From: Acidimicrobiia bacterium
GTDB taxonomy: Bacteria > Actinomycetota > Acidimicrobiia > Spongiisociales > ZC4RG35
Assembly (NCBI GenBank): GCA_015488325.1
Contig: WFOA01000028.1
Span: 38,309-102,308, forward strand
Direction of reading: 5' to 3'
Length of the DNA: 64,000 bases
In this document: one piece after another, positions 29,698 to 38,983 of the stretch
Layout of the letters: every line of letters begins with the position of its first letter
Position numbering within the stretch: the first letter of the stretch is position 1
Notes under the pieces: model-generated
What the model was told of the DNA's origin: nothing
The model's input: the letters and a program-made list of their open reading frames with translations, nothing else
Databases searched by the model: none
Made by a program: the position numbers and the translations under genes

Positions 29698-30285
29698 ATG
29701 CCCGTGGCCGTGGTCGTCCCCGTCAAATCCTTCTCCCTCGCCAAGGGGAGGCTGGCCGACGTGTTCTCGGCCGAGGTCCGGGCGTCGGTCGGTCGGGCGC
29801 TGGCCGACCGGGTGGTGACCGTCGTCGCCGAAGCGGGAGCGGAGCCGCTGGTCGTCGGCGGAGACGAAGGGGTGCTCGGCTGGGCTCGGGATCGTGGGAT
29901 CCGGGCGACCGTCGCCCCTCCAGGGCTGGACGCCGCCGCCGGGATGGTCACCACCCTCACGGCGGGACGCCCCTGGGCGGTACTCCACGCCGATCTGCCG
30001 CTGCTCTCCGCCGCAGACCTCGTCCCCGCCTTCGATGTCGTCGCCGGCGGCGGCTACGTGCTGGCCCCCTCCTCCGACGGCGGGACGGCTCTCCTCGGCG
30101 GCCACGGAACCGTCGCCTTCTCCTACGGCCCGGCCAGCTTCCACCGCCATCTGGCCGCCCTCGCCGACCGGGACCCCCTCGTGCTGGTCCGCACCGGCCT
30201 CCTCCTCGACCTCGACTCGCCCGCCGACCTCACCGCCGCGCTCCGCCACCCCCGGGGTCGATGGTTGGCCGAGTTCCTCCCCTAG
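29698..30285 (+). CDS. cofC: 2-phospho-L-lactate/PEP guanylyltransferase (F420 biosynthesis)
   Basis: 195 aa, MPVAVVVPVKSFSLAKGRLADV...GGYVLAPSSDGGTALLG matches the CofC/FbiD MobA-like family. Confidence 0.75.
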   Translation: MPVAVVVPVKSFSLAKGRLADVFSAEVRASVGRALADRVVTVVAEAGAEPLVVGGDEGVLGWARDRGIRATVAPPGLDAAAGMVTTLTAGRPWAVLHADLPLLSAADLVPAFDVVAGGGYVLAPSSDGGTALLGGHGTVAFSYGPASFHRHLAALADRDPLVLVRTGLLLDLDSPADLTAALRHPRGRWLAEFLP

Positions 30286-30298
30286 CCTTCCGTCTCCC

Positions 30299-31057
30299 AT
30301 GACCAACCTGTACGCCGACGTCCGCCGAGACGACCCGACCCTGCCCACGCCGTCCCGGGCCCTCACCATCGGAGCCCACCCCGACGACGCCGAATTCGGT
30401 GCGGGAGGCACCCTGGCACGATGGGCCCGTCAGGGCTGCGAAGTGTCGATGCTGGTGGTGACCGACGGGTCGAAAGGCACCTGGGATCCCGACCTCGACC
30501 CCGCCGCACTCGTCCGGCGGCGACGCATCGAACAGCACGAGGCCGCCCGCACCCTCGGAGCGACCGGCGAGGTCGTGATGCTCGACCACATCGACGGCGA
30601 GCTGGAGAACACCTTGGCGCTGCGGGAAGAGTTGTGCGGATGGATCCGCCGGCTCCGCCCCGACGTTGTCCTCACCCACGACCCTTGGCGGCGGTACATG
30701 CTCCACCCCGACCACCGGGCGGCCGGGATGGCGGCGGTGGACGCCGTCGTCGCCGCCCGGGACCATCTGTTCTTCCCCCACCAGCTCACGGACGGGATCC
30801 GAAAGCATCGACCCGACGCGCTCTTGTTGTGGTCGGCCGACGAACCGGATCATTGGGAGGACATCACCGACACCTTCGACACGAAGATCGAGGCGCTGCT
30901 CTGTCATTCCACCCAGGGCCAGACGACGATGGGCGACGCCCACGACGATCCCGACGCTCGGGAGGCGTTCGTCCGGCGGATCCGGGAATGGGCGGCCCGG
31001 ACGGGCGACCCCGCCGGGCTGGCGTTGGCGGAGAGCTTCAAACTGGTCCGCCCCTGA
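30299..31057 (+). CDS. PIG-L/LmbE-family N-acetylglucosaminyl deacetylase (MshB/Mca-like)
   Basis: Internal ATG (MTNLYADV...). ALTIGAHPDDAEFGAGGTLA and HPDH motifs are present. Confidence 0.8.
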   Translation: MTNLYADVRRDDPTLPTPSRALTIGAHPDDAEFGAGGTLARWARQGCEVSMLVVTDGSKGTWDPDLDPAALVRRRRIEQHEAARTLGATGEVVMLDHIDGELENTLALREELCGWIRRLRPDVVLTHDPWRRYMLHPDHRAAGMAAVDAVVAARDHLFFPHQLTDGIRKHRPDALLLWSADEPDHWEDITDTFDTKIEALLCHSTQGQTTMGDAHDDPDAREAFVRRIREWAARTGDPAGLALAESFKLVRP

Positions 31058-31133
31058 CCCGCCGTCGGCGGACGCCGGGACGTCCGCGGCGCCGAGGCCC
31101 CTTCGAGCCCACCGCCCGCCTACGATCGGACCG

Positions 31134-32405
31134 ATGCGGTTCGACCCTTCGGTCCTCGTCCCCGACCCCGAGCACCGACGGATCATCCTCGACATCTTGG
31201 GTGCCGCACTCGAAGCGGTCGACCCGGGTCGGGCCGTCGCCGGCCGGCTCCGCCTCGCCGACGGCCGTCTCCTCGTCGACGGCGACGGACTCGCCGTTCC
31301 CGGCCGAGTCGACATCCTCGCCATCGGCAAGGCCGCCCCGGCGATGGCCCGGGCGGCCGCCGCGGTCCTCGGGCCACACACGGCCAGGGTCCTCGTCATC
31401 TCCGACCACACGGAGGACGTCCCCGCCGGGGGCCGCCTGATCGTCGCCGACCATCCCTACCCGGGGGACCGCAGCCTGGCCGCCGGGGAAGCGGCCCTGG
31501 CGTTCGCCGCCGACGTCGCCCCGTCCGACCGCCTGCTCGTCCTCGTCTCAGGAGGCGGGTCGGCCCTGGTCGAACGGCCCGCCGACGACCTCACCCTCCA
31601 CGACCTCGCCGCCACCCATCGGGCGCTCATGGATCGGGGCGTCCCCATCCACGACCTCAACCTCGTCCGCCGTCACCTCTCCCGGGTGAAGAACGGTGGC
31701 ATCGCCCGGGCCCACGGGCGTCCCCTCGTCACCCTCCTCATCTCCGACGTCGTCGACGGCCCATCCTCCGATATCGCCTCCGGCCCGACCCTGGCCGACG
31801 GCACCACCCCGGCCGACGCCCTCGCCGTCGTCGAACGCAGCGAAGCCGCCGTCCCCGAGGAGGTGGTCGCCTACCTGGCCTCCGCTCCGCCTCCGGAACC
31901 CGTGGACCCGGGTCCGTGGCGGGTCGTCGCCGACGGGACCCGGGCGGCAGAGGCCGCCGCCGCCCGGGCACGGGAGCTCGAACTGGAGGCGACCGTCGCC
32001 ACCACCAGCCTCCGGGGTGAGGCCCGCGTCGAAGGGCCCCGGGTCTGCCGGGACCCGGCCCCGGGGGTCACCGTGTTCGCCGGCGAAACCACCGTGCACG
32101 TCGTCGGAGACGGTGTTGGCGGACGCAACCAGGAGGCCGCACTGGCGGCGGCCGTCGAGCTCGAAGGCTCGTCGACGATCTTCGCCGCCTTCGGCACCGA
32201 CGGCGTCGACGGGCCGACCGACGCCGCCGGGGCGATCGTCGACGGGGCCACCGTCGCCCGGGGCCGGGACGCCGGACTCGACCCGCTCCGGTGCCTCGCC
32301 CGCAACGACTCCCACCGGTTCCTGCGAGCGTCCGGTGACCTCCTGGTGACCGGCCCCACCGGAACCAACGTCGGCGACCTGTGGCTGGTGTGGCACCCCG
32401 ATTGA
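31134..32405 (+). CDS. glycerate kinase (glycerate 2-kinase, GckA/MOFRL family)
   Basis: Internal ATG (MRFDPSV...) gives 423 aa with DUF4147 plus a MOFRL domain (…LLVLVSGGGSALVE…GTDGVDGPTDAAGA…). Confidence 0.8.
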   Translation: MRFDPSVLVPDPEHRRIILDILGAALEAVDPGRAVAGRLRLADGRLLVDGDGLAVPGRVDILAIGKAAPAMARAAAAVLGPHTARVLVISDHTEDVPAGGRLIVADHPYPGDRSLAAGEAALAFAADVAPSDRLLVLVSGGGSALVERPADDLTLHDLAATHRALMDRGVPIHDLNLVRRHLSRVKNGGIARAHGRPLVTLLISDVVDGPSSDIASGPTLADGTTPADALAVVERSEAAVPEEVVAYLASAPPPEPVDPGPWRVVADGTRAAEAAAARARELELEATVATTSLRGEARVEGPRVCRDPAPGVTVFAGETTVHVVGDGVGGRNQEAALAAAVELEGSSTIFAAFGTDGVDGPTDAAGAIVDGATVARGRDAGLDPLRCLARNDSHRFLRASGDLLVTGPTGTNVGDLWLVWHPD

Positions 32406-32423
32406 GGTCGTAAGCTCTCGGTC

Positions 32424-33458
32424 ATGGACCTCTCCCCCGCCCTTCGCTGGCGACCACCGTCGGACTGGCTCCGGGTCACCGTGATCGAATCCCACACCGG
32501 CGGCGAACCGTTCCGGGTCGTCGTGGACGGCCTCCCCGACATCCCCGGAGACACGGTCCTCGAGCGCCGCCGCTACGCCACGGAGCACCTCGACACCCTG
32601 CGCAGGGCACTGATGTGGGAACCGCGCGGCCACGCCGACATGTACGGAGGCTGGCTCGGGCCCCCCACCGGGCACGGAAGCGACCTGTCCGTCCTGTTCT
32701 GCCACAACGAAGGGTTCTCGACGATGTGCGGCCACGGGATCATCGCCCTCGCCAAAGTGGTCTTCGACACCGGCATCGTGGCGGGCCACGACGGAGAGAA
32801 CGTCCTGCGTGTCGACACCCCGGCCGGGACGGTGACCGCCACGGCGACCATCACCGAAGGAGTGTGCACCGCCGTCCGGTTCCGCAACGTCGGCTCCTTC
32901 GCCGTCGACCTGGACGCCTCCGTCACTCTCCCCGGCCTCGGGGAGCTCCGCTACGACCTGGCCTTCGGCGGGGCGTTCTACGCCTACGTGGACGCCCAGG
33001 AGGCGGGGGTGGACCTCGGCGACGTCGCCGAGCTGGTCGCCAAGGGACGGGCCATCAAACAGGCGATCGCCGGATCCAGACCCATCGTCCATCCGACCGA
33101 GCCGGACCTGGGGTTCCTGTACGGGGTGATCTTCACCGGCCACCCCGAGGATCCCACCCGCCACAGCCGCAACGTCTGCGTCTTCGCCGACGGTGAGGTG
33201 GACCGCTCGCCCACCGGCACCGGGGTGAGCGGCCGCCTGGCCCTCCTCCACGCCCGAGGCGAGCTCGACGTCGGAACCCCGATCGCCGTCGAAAGCATCG
33301 TGGGAAGCGTCTTCGTGGGGACGGTCGTCGGCACCTGCCGGGTCGGCGACGTCGAGGCGGTGATCCCCGAGATCGCCGGCACCGCTCACATCGTGGGACG
33401 CTCCGAGCTGTGGATCGATCCCTCCGACCCCCTCAACCCCGGGTTCCTGTTGCGCTGA
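32424..33458 (+). CDS. proline racemase-family enzyme (Cys/Thr type: probable trans-3-hydroxy-L-proline dehydratase or Hyp epimerase-like)
   Basis: 344 aa with SHTGGEP, first catalytic Cys in MCGHG, and second catalytic position DRSPTGTG (Thr, not Cys). Confidence 0.8.
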   Translation: MDLSPALRWRPPSDWLRVTVIESHTGGEPFRVVVDGLPDIPGDTVLERRRYATEHLDTLRRALMWEPRGHADMYGGWLGPPTGHGSDLSVLFCHNEGFSTMCGHGIIALAKVVFDTGIVAGHDGENVLRVDTPAGTVTATATITEGVCTAVRFRNVGSFAVDLDASVTLPGLGELRYDLAFGGAFYAYVDAQEAGVDLGDVAELVAKGRAIKQAIAGSRPIVHPTEPDLGFLYGVIFTGHPEDPTRHSRNVCVFADGEVDRSPTGTGVSGRLALLHARGELDVGTPIAVESIVGSVFVGTVVGTCRVGDVEAVIPEIAGTAHIVGRSELWIDPSDPLNPGFLLR

Positions 33459-33488
33459 CCGGCCCGCTCCGCCGGCGTCGACGCCGGG

Positions 33489-34052
33489 TCACACCCGAAT
33501 CGGCCCTCGCCGCAGCACCCTGAGCCGACCCTCCACCACCTCCACCACCGTCGACGACTGCCCTCCCGGAGACCGGCCGGGCAGGTAGACGGCCACACCA
33601 TCGCCGAACAGCTCGCGGGCGGCGACGTCGTCGAGCACCGGATCCTCCCCGGACCGGTTGGCGCTGGTCACCGCCAGCGGCCCAGCGGCCTCCAGCAGCT
33701 CCCGGCACCGGGGATGGTCGGGCACCCGCACCCCCACCGTGCCCGCGTTCGGGTCCCCGAACTCGCGGGGCACGCCGGGGCGGCGGGGACAGACCAACGT
33801 GAGGGCACCCGGCCAGTACCGGACCGCCAGGTCCCTCGCCGCGTCCGGCAGCATCACCAGCTCCTCGGCCTGGGCGACGTCGGCGACCAGGATCGGCAGG
33901 GGACGGTCGGCGGGCCTTCCCTTCAGCTCGAACACCTTCGTCACCGCCCCACGGTCGGTCGGATCGACCGCCAGGCCGTACACGGTGTCGGTGGGGACCC
34001 CCACCACCTCGCCGGCCTCGAGTGCCCGCACGGCGTCGTCCAACCTGCTCAT
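33489..34052 (-). CDS. tsaC: L-threonylcarbamoyladenylate synthase (YrdC/Sua5-domain, TsaC-like)
   Basis: Internal ATG (MSRLDDAVRALEAGEVVGVPTDTVYGLAVD...) gives 187 aa. The start overlaps the prmC stop (ATGA). Confidence 0.8.
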   Translation of the reverse strand: MSRLDDAVRALEAGEVVGVPTDTVYGLAVDPTDRGAVTKVFELKGRPADRPLPILVADVAQAEELVMLPDAARDLAVRYWPGALTLVCPRRPGVPREFGDPNAGTVGVRVPDHPRCRELLEAAGPLAVTSANRSGEDPVLDDVAARELFGDGVAVYLPGRSPGGQSSTVVEVVEGRLRVLRRGPIRV

Positions 34053-34849
34053 CGCCGCAACACCAGGAACCGTTCCCGACCGGCGTAGTCGAACCGGACC
34101 TCCGCCTTCCAGCCGGCCCCGGCCGCCCGAGTCTGCAGGGCCGCCCCCTGGGTCTCGCCGATCTCGAAGATCGCCACCCCTCTCGGGCTCAGCCACCCGT
34201 CGAGCCCGTCGACCAGCCTCTCCAAGAGCTCGGTGCCGCGGGGCCCTGCCACCAGGGCCCGACGTGGTTCCCGCTTCACGTCCACCGCGAGGCCGTCCCA
34301 GTCGCCGGCGGCGACGTACGGCGGGTTGGAGACGAGGAGGTCCACGCTCCGGGCCAGGGACCCACACAGCGCGTCGTAGAGGTCGCCCCGGCGAAGCTGC
34401 ACCTCGACCCCGAGCCGCCTCACGTTGAGCTCCGCCACCTCCAGGGCCGGAGCCGACACGTCGGTGGCGACGACCCGGGCAGCGGGAAACGACCGGGCGA
34501 GGGCCACGGCCAGCGCTCCGCTCCCCGTCCCGATGTCGACGATCACCCGAGGGTCTGCCGCCTCGGCCACCGCCAACTCCCAGAGCTGTTCGGTCTCGGG
34601 CCGCGGCACCAAGACCCTGTCGTCCACCACCAGCTCGAAGGGGCCGAACGGTGCGGTCCCTTCGAGGTACTGGAGGGGGGTGCCGGCGAGCCGCCGGGAC
34701 TCCAGTTCCCGCACGCGGCTCACCTGCGGGCCCGTCAGTTCACGGTCGGGATCGAGACGGGTCACGACCACCCCGAGCACGGCACCGACGAGACGCTTCG
34801 CCTCGTGGCGGGGCAGCCGGGACCGGACCACCAACTCTCGAACCTTCAT
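34049..34849 (-). CDS. prmC: release-factor glutamine N5-methyltransferase
   Basis: 3' part of track ORF 34049..36172. Start at MKVRELVV. Motifs DIGTGSGALAV and NPPY are present. Confidence 0.85.
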   Translation of the reverse strand: MKVRELVVRSRLPRHEAKRLVGAVLGVVVTRLDPDRELTGPQVSRVRELESRRLAGTPLQYLEGTAPFGPFELVVDDRVLVPRPETEQLWELAVAEAADPRVIVDIGTGSGALAVALARSFPAARVVATDVSAPALEVAELNVRRLGVEVQLRRGDLYDALCGSLARSVDLLVSNPPYVAAGDWDGLAVDVKREPRRALVAGPRGTELLERLVDGLDGWLSPRGVAIFEIGETQGAALQTRAAGAGWKAEVRFDYAGRERFLVLRR

Positions 34850-34903
34850 GCCTGCATCGTGCCAGAACTCAAGAACCAACGGCGACTGCCGACCGGTGAC
34901 CCC

Positions 34904-35287
34904 ATGGAGGCCAAACCGCGCGTCCTCGTCGCCGACGACGCCCCGACCGTCACCCTCCTCGTGGAACGAGGCTTGGAGGCGAACGGATGGGATGTCGTCG
35001 TCACCAACGACGGATACGAAGCCTTCCAGCTCGGCCTGGACGGCGACTTCGACCTGGCCTTCGTCGACCATCTGATGCCGTCGATGCTCGGCGCCGAGAT
35101 CGTCACACGCTGGCAGGAAGCCGACGTCGACACGCCCGTCGTCATGCTCAGCGGCATGGACGACGACGAAACGATCGCCGACTGCCTGGCGGCCGGGGCC
35201 GTCGACTTCATGCGGAAACCCTTCAACATCCGCGAGCTGGTCATGCGGGCCCGCCTCCACGCCCGCCGCAGCCCCGCGGTCGCTTGA
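34904..35287 (+). CDS. single-domain response regulator (CheY-like receiver)
   Basis: 127 aa, MEAKPRVLVADDAP...LAFVDHLMP...VVMLSGMDD...MRKPF. All receiver active-site positions are present. Confidence 0.8.
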   Translation: MEAKPRVLVADDAPTVTLLVERGLEANGWDVVVTNDGYEAFQLGLDGDFDLAFVDHLMPSMLGAEIVTRWQEADVDTPVVMLSGMDDDETIADCLAAGAVDFMRKPFNIRELVMRARLHARRSPAVA

Positions 35288-35371
35288 TCGGCCGCCTCGA
35301 CGGCCGACGGGATCCTCCGACCCGGCGTCGGGATTCGACATGCATGCCCAACCCCATCCTGAGGTCCGCCC

Positions 35372-36520
35372 ATGAACTGGGCCGAGGCCCTGGCGTGGAT
35401 CACCGGGGCGAGTGCGATCACGCTCTCGATCGTCGCGTTCGTCGTCAAGGTGATCCACCATTTCGTCCTGCGCCGGAGAGGGCTTCGGCGCGCCCTCTAC
35501 GTGCATGCCGTCGGGGAGATCATCGCCCACGGCGCCATCCCCTGGGAGAAGGTCTCCGGATGGACTCGGGATCCGGTGTTCCGTGAGGTCGTCTTCGAAT
35601 ACGTCGGCACCGTCGGCGGGAAAGAACGCACCCATCTCAACGACCTCATCGACGTTCTCGGCCTGCGGGAGTTCCTCGTACGCGACACCCGCTCGATCTG
35701 GACCCGGAAACGACTCCGGGCAGTCGCCCAGCTCGCCCACCTGGCCGAACCGGCCCTCGAACTCCTCTTCGTGGAACGTCTCCGCGACCGGGTCCCCGAA
35801 GTTCGCCTCCACGCCGCCAAAGGACTGGCCCGTTGCGGAAACCCTGACGTGGTGCCCCGACTCCTCGATATGACCGAGACCGAGTCCCCCTGGATGGTCG
35901 CTCGACTCAGCGACATCCTCGTCGCCTTCGGATCCGACGCCGTGCCCTACATCGTCGACTGGGTCCGCGAGGCCCCGCCGCAAGGTCACCGGCCCGAAGC
36001 CTTGGAGACGGCCGCTCGCACCCTCGGCGGGATCGGCGACCGGTCGGCCTGCCCCGTCCTGGTGGAACTGTTGGACGCCTCCGACCCCATGGTGAGGACC
36101 GCCGCTGCCGGGGCCCTGGGCCGGGCTGGCACCCCCGACGCCGTCGAACCCCTCATCGACGCGCTGCGACACGACGACGACTGGCGGGTACGGGCCAAAG
36201 CCGCCTCCTCCCTCGGCGAGCTCTCCGACCCCCGGGCAACCGGGCCTCTCGCTGAAGCCCTACGGGATCCGGCGTGGCGGGTACGCCAGGACGCCGCGGC
36301 GGCGCTGGTCTCGGTACCCAACGGGATCCACGCCCTCATCGAAGCCGTCACCGGCACCGACCCCTTCGCCCGGGACGCCGCCCTGTACCAGCTCGGCATC
36401 TCCGGAGTCATCGACCGGGCTCGTCGACGCATCGAATCCGGGGAAGACGCCGAAGACGACCGGTACCTCCTCCGGGTCGTCGCCGCGACCGAACCGCCGA
36501 CGGAGGCGAAGGCGTCATGA
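35372..36520 (+). CDS. membrane-anchored HEAT-repeat (PBS-lyase HEAT-like) protein
   Basis: 382 aa. N-terminal TM helix, then at least 5 repeats of the form D/NP.VR..AA.ALG..G.P.AV.PLI.AL. The stop overlaps the next start (ATGA). Confidence 0.75.
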   Translation: MNWAEALAWITGASAITLSIVAFVVKVIHHFVLRRRGLRRALYVHAVGEIIAHGAIPWEKVSGWTRDPVFREVVFEYVGTVGGKERTHLNDLIDVLGLREFLVRDTRSIWTRKRLRAVAQLAHLAEPALELLFVERLRDRVPEVRLHAAKGLARCGNPDVVPRLLDMTETESPWMVARLSDILVAFGSDAVPYIVDWVREAPPQGHRPEALETAARTLGGIGDRSACPVLVELLDASDPMVRTAAAGALGRAGTPDAVEPLIDALRHDDDWRVRAKAASSLGELSDPRATGPLAEALRDPAWRVRQDAAAALVSVPNGIHALIEAVTGTDPFARDAALYQLGISGVIDRARRRIESGEDAEDDRYLLRVVAATEPPTEAKAS

Positions 36521-37908
36521 TCTTCGGATTCATCACCGTCGCCGTCCTCCTCTACGTGATCGCCATCGAGGTGCAGCTCCTGGCCGTCGGGCTCCTCTCC
36601 CTCCGACAGCTCCGCCACGACCGCTACCTGGCCCGATACGGGGGCCTCGACGAGATGCTGTACTCCGACACCACCCCACCCGTCTCGATCATCGTGCCCG
36701 CCTACAACGAAGAAGCGGGCATCGTCGAAGCCGTCAGGTCGATGACGATGCTGCGGTATCCACGTTTCGAAGTGGTCGTCGTCAACGACGGCAGCAAAGA
36801 CGACACCCTCGGAGTGCTCGTCGACGCCTTCCGGCTCATCGAAGTGACCGTCCCCTACCGGCGCGACCTCGAAACCGAACCCATCCGGGGCATCTACCGT
36901 TCCACCCTGCCGCTCCCCGTCACCGTCGTCGACAAACACAACGGCGGCAAGACCGACGCCTTGAACGCCGGCGTCAACGTCGCCCGCTACCCCTACGTGA
37001 TGCTCACCGACGCCGATGTGGTCCTCGACGGCGAGAGCCTGCTCCGGGCGATGCGTCACGTCGTCGAAGATCGGGAACGTACCGTCGCCGTCGGCGGGAA
37101 CATCCGCCCGATCAACGGCTGTGTCGTCAACCGGGGACGGGTGGTGGAGACCCACCTTCCGAAACGAGCCCTCGAACGGGTCCAGGTGCTCGAATACATC
37201 CGGTCCTTCATCGCGGCCCGGCCCGGATGGTCGCGCCTCGGTGCCCTCGTCCTCGTCTCCGGCGCCTTCGGCATCTACCGCCGGGACGCCCTCGCCGAAG
37301 TCGGTGGCTTCCGGAAAGGCCACCTCGGCGAAGACCTCGACCTCACCATGCGGCTCCACCGGCTGATGAGGGAGAAGCGTCGGCCCTACCGGATCGTCTT
37401 CGCCGCCGACGCGATCGCCTGGACCGAGGTCCCCACCACCCGGAAGGTGCTGCGAACCCAGCGGATCCGGTGGCACAAGGGCCTGCGGATGGTGGTGCGG
37501 GACTTCCGCGACGTCCTGTTCAACCCCCGCTACGGCACGTTGGGGATGCTCGGATGGCCCGCCTACGTCGCCTTCGAGTTCGTCGCTCCCCTGGTGGAGT
37601 TCGTCGGATGGCTGGTCATCCCCGTCGCCTGGCTCACCGGCTATCTCGACCTCTCCGTCGCCGTTCCCCTCGCCGTCGCCGCCTTCTTCCTCGGCGCCAT
37701 CAACTCTCTCATCGCCCTCTTCTTCGACGAGGCCTACGGCTATTTCACCTCACCCCTGGAAGCGGTGAGGCTCCTGTGGCTCACCTACCTGGAGAACCTG
37801 GGGCTTCGCCAGCAAACCGTCGTGTGGCGGGTACTGGCCATGTTGGGGCCGACGGCGTCGTCGTGGGGCGACATGCAGCGGCGGGGCGTGAACAACCTGG
37901 CGTCGTGA
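36517..37908 (+). CDS. family-2 processive beta-glycosyltransferase (PgaC/IcaA/cellulose-synthase-like polysaccharide synthase)
   Basis: 463 aa. N-terminal TM, GT-A domain with VVNDGSKDDT, DxD (LTDAD), QRIRW and C-terminal TM helices. Confidence 0.85.
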   Translation: MIFGFITVAVLLYVIAIEVQLLAVGLLSLRQLRHDRYLARYGGLDEMLYSDTTPPVSIIVPAYNEEAGIVEAVRSMTMLRYPRFEVVVVNDGSKDDTLGVLVDAFRLIEVTVPYRRDLETEPIRGIYRSTLPLPVTVVDKHNGGKTDALNAGVNVARYPYVMLTDADVVLDGESLLRAMRHVVEDRERTVAVGGNIRPINGCVVNRGRVVETHLPKRALERVQVLEYIRSFIAARPGWSRLGALVLVSGAFGIYRRDALAEVGGFRKGHLGEDLDLTMRLHRLMREKRRPYRIVFAADAIAWTEVPTTRKVLRTQRIRWHKGLRMVVRDFRDVLFNPRYGTLGMLGWPAYVAFEFVAPLVEFVGWLVIPVAWLTGYLDLSVAVPLAVAAFFLGAINSLIALFFDEAYGYFTSPLEAVRLLWLTYLENLGLRQQTVVWRVLAMLGPTASSWGDMQRRGVNNLAS

Positions 37909-37912
37909 GGGT

Positions 37913-38983
37913 TCACGCCTCTCCGGCGAGACGCCGGGCCTGATCTTCGGCAGCGAGGGCCTCGACGAAGGGGTCGAGGTCACCGTCGAGGACCTGGTCG
38001 AGACGTCGGATCGTCAACCCGATCCGATGGTCGGTCACCCGGTTCTCCCGAAAGTTGTAGGTCCGGATCTTCTCGGCCCGTTCACCGGTCCCCACCTGCG
38101 CCCGCCGCTCACCCGCCTGTTCGGCGTGACGGCGTTCCTGTTCGAGCTGGAACAGCCGGGCACGGAGGATACGGAACGCCTTCTCCCGATTCTGGAGCTG
38201 GCTCTTCTCGTCCTGGCAGGTGACGACCAGACCCGTGGGCAGGTGGGTGAGCCGCACCGCCGAATCGGTGGTGTTCACCGACTGCCCGCCCGGACCCGAC
38301 GAGCGGAACACGTCGACCCGCACGTCGCCGGGGTCGATCTCGACCTCGACCTCCTCGGCCTCCGGCAGCACCGCCACCGTCGCCGTCGACGTGTGGATCC
38401 GGCCCTGGGATTCCGTCTTCGGCACACGCTGGACACGGTGGACCCCGGCCTCGTACTTGAAGCGGGAATACGCGCCCCTCCCGTGGACCGCCACCGTCAC
38501 CTTCGAGTAGCCACCCGTCTCGCTGGGCGCCGCCTCCATCGGCTCCACCTCCAGCCCGTGACGTTCCGCGTAGCGTTCGTACATCCGCAGCAGGTCCCCC
38601 GCCCACAACGCCGCCTCGTCGCCACCGGCGGCAGCCCGGATCTCGAGGATGACGTCCTTCGAGTCGTTCGGGTCCCGTGGTGCCAGCGCCGCCTGGAGCT
38701 CGGCCTCGAGGGCGTCGGCCTCCGCCTTCTTCTCCTCCGCCAGCCGGGACAGGTCTCCGGCGAGGGCCGGGTCGGCGGCGGCCAGCTCGAGGGCTTCACG
38801 CCGGTCGATGTCGGCCCGTCTCCACGCTTCGTACAGGTCGACGATCTCCTTCAGCTCGGCGTGGCGTCGTCCCAGGTCGGCCAGACGGGCCGGGTCCTCC
38901 GCCGCCGCCTCCGCCATCTCCTTCTCCACCTCCTCGAGGCGGGCGACCAGCTCGTCGAGGCGGGCGATCAGCCGCTCGTCCAT
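37913..38983 (-). CDS. prfA: peptide chain release factor 1
   Basis: Internal ATG ([11 protein letters not shown]...) gives 356 aa. PxT-like region and [16 protein letters not shown] (GGQ) are present. Confidence 0.92.
   Translation of the reverse strand: MDERLIARLDELVARLEEVEKEMAEAAAEDPARLADLGRRHAELKEIVDLYEAWRRADIDRREALELAAADPALAGDLSRLAEEKKAEADALEAELQAALAPRDPNDSKDVILEIRAAAGGDEAALWAGDLLRMYERYAERHGLEVEPMEAAPSETGGYSKVTVAVHGRGAYSRFKYEAGVHRVQRVPKTESQGRIHTSTATVAVLPEAEEVEVEIDPGDVRVDVFRSSGPGGQSVNTTDSAVRLTHLPTGLVVTCQDEKSQLQNREKAFRILRARLFQLEQERRHAEQAGERRAQVGTGERAEKIRTYNFRENRVTDHRIGLTIRRLDQVLDGDLDPFVEALAAEDQARRLAGEA

Noticed and set aside
34049-36172. 707-aa track ORF.
   Set aside because: Only the 3' 266 codons (prmC, NPPY) are genuine. 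The 5' part is antisense to the response regulator and HEAT-repeat genes.
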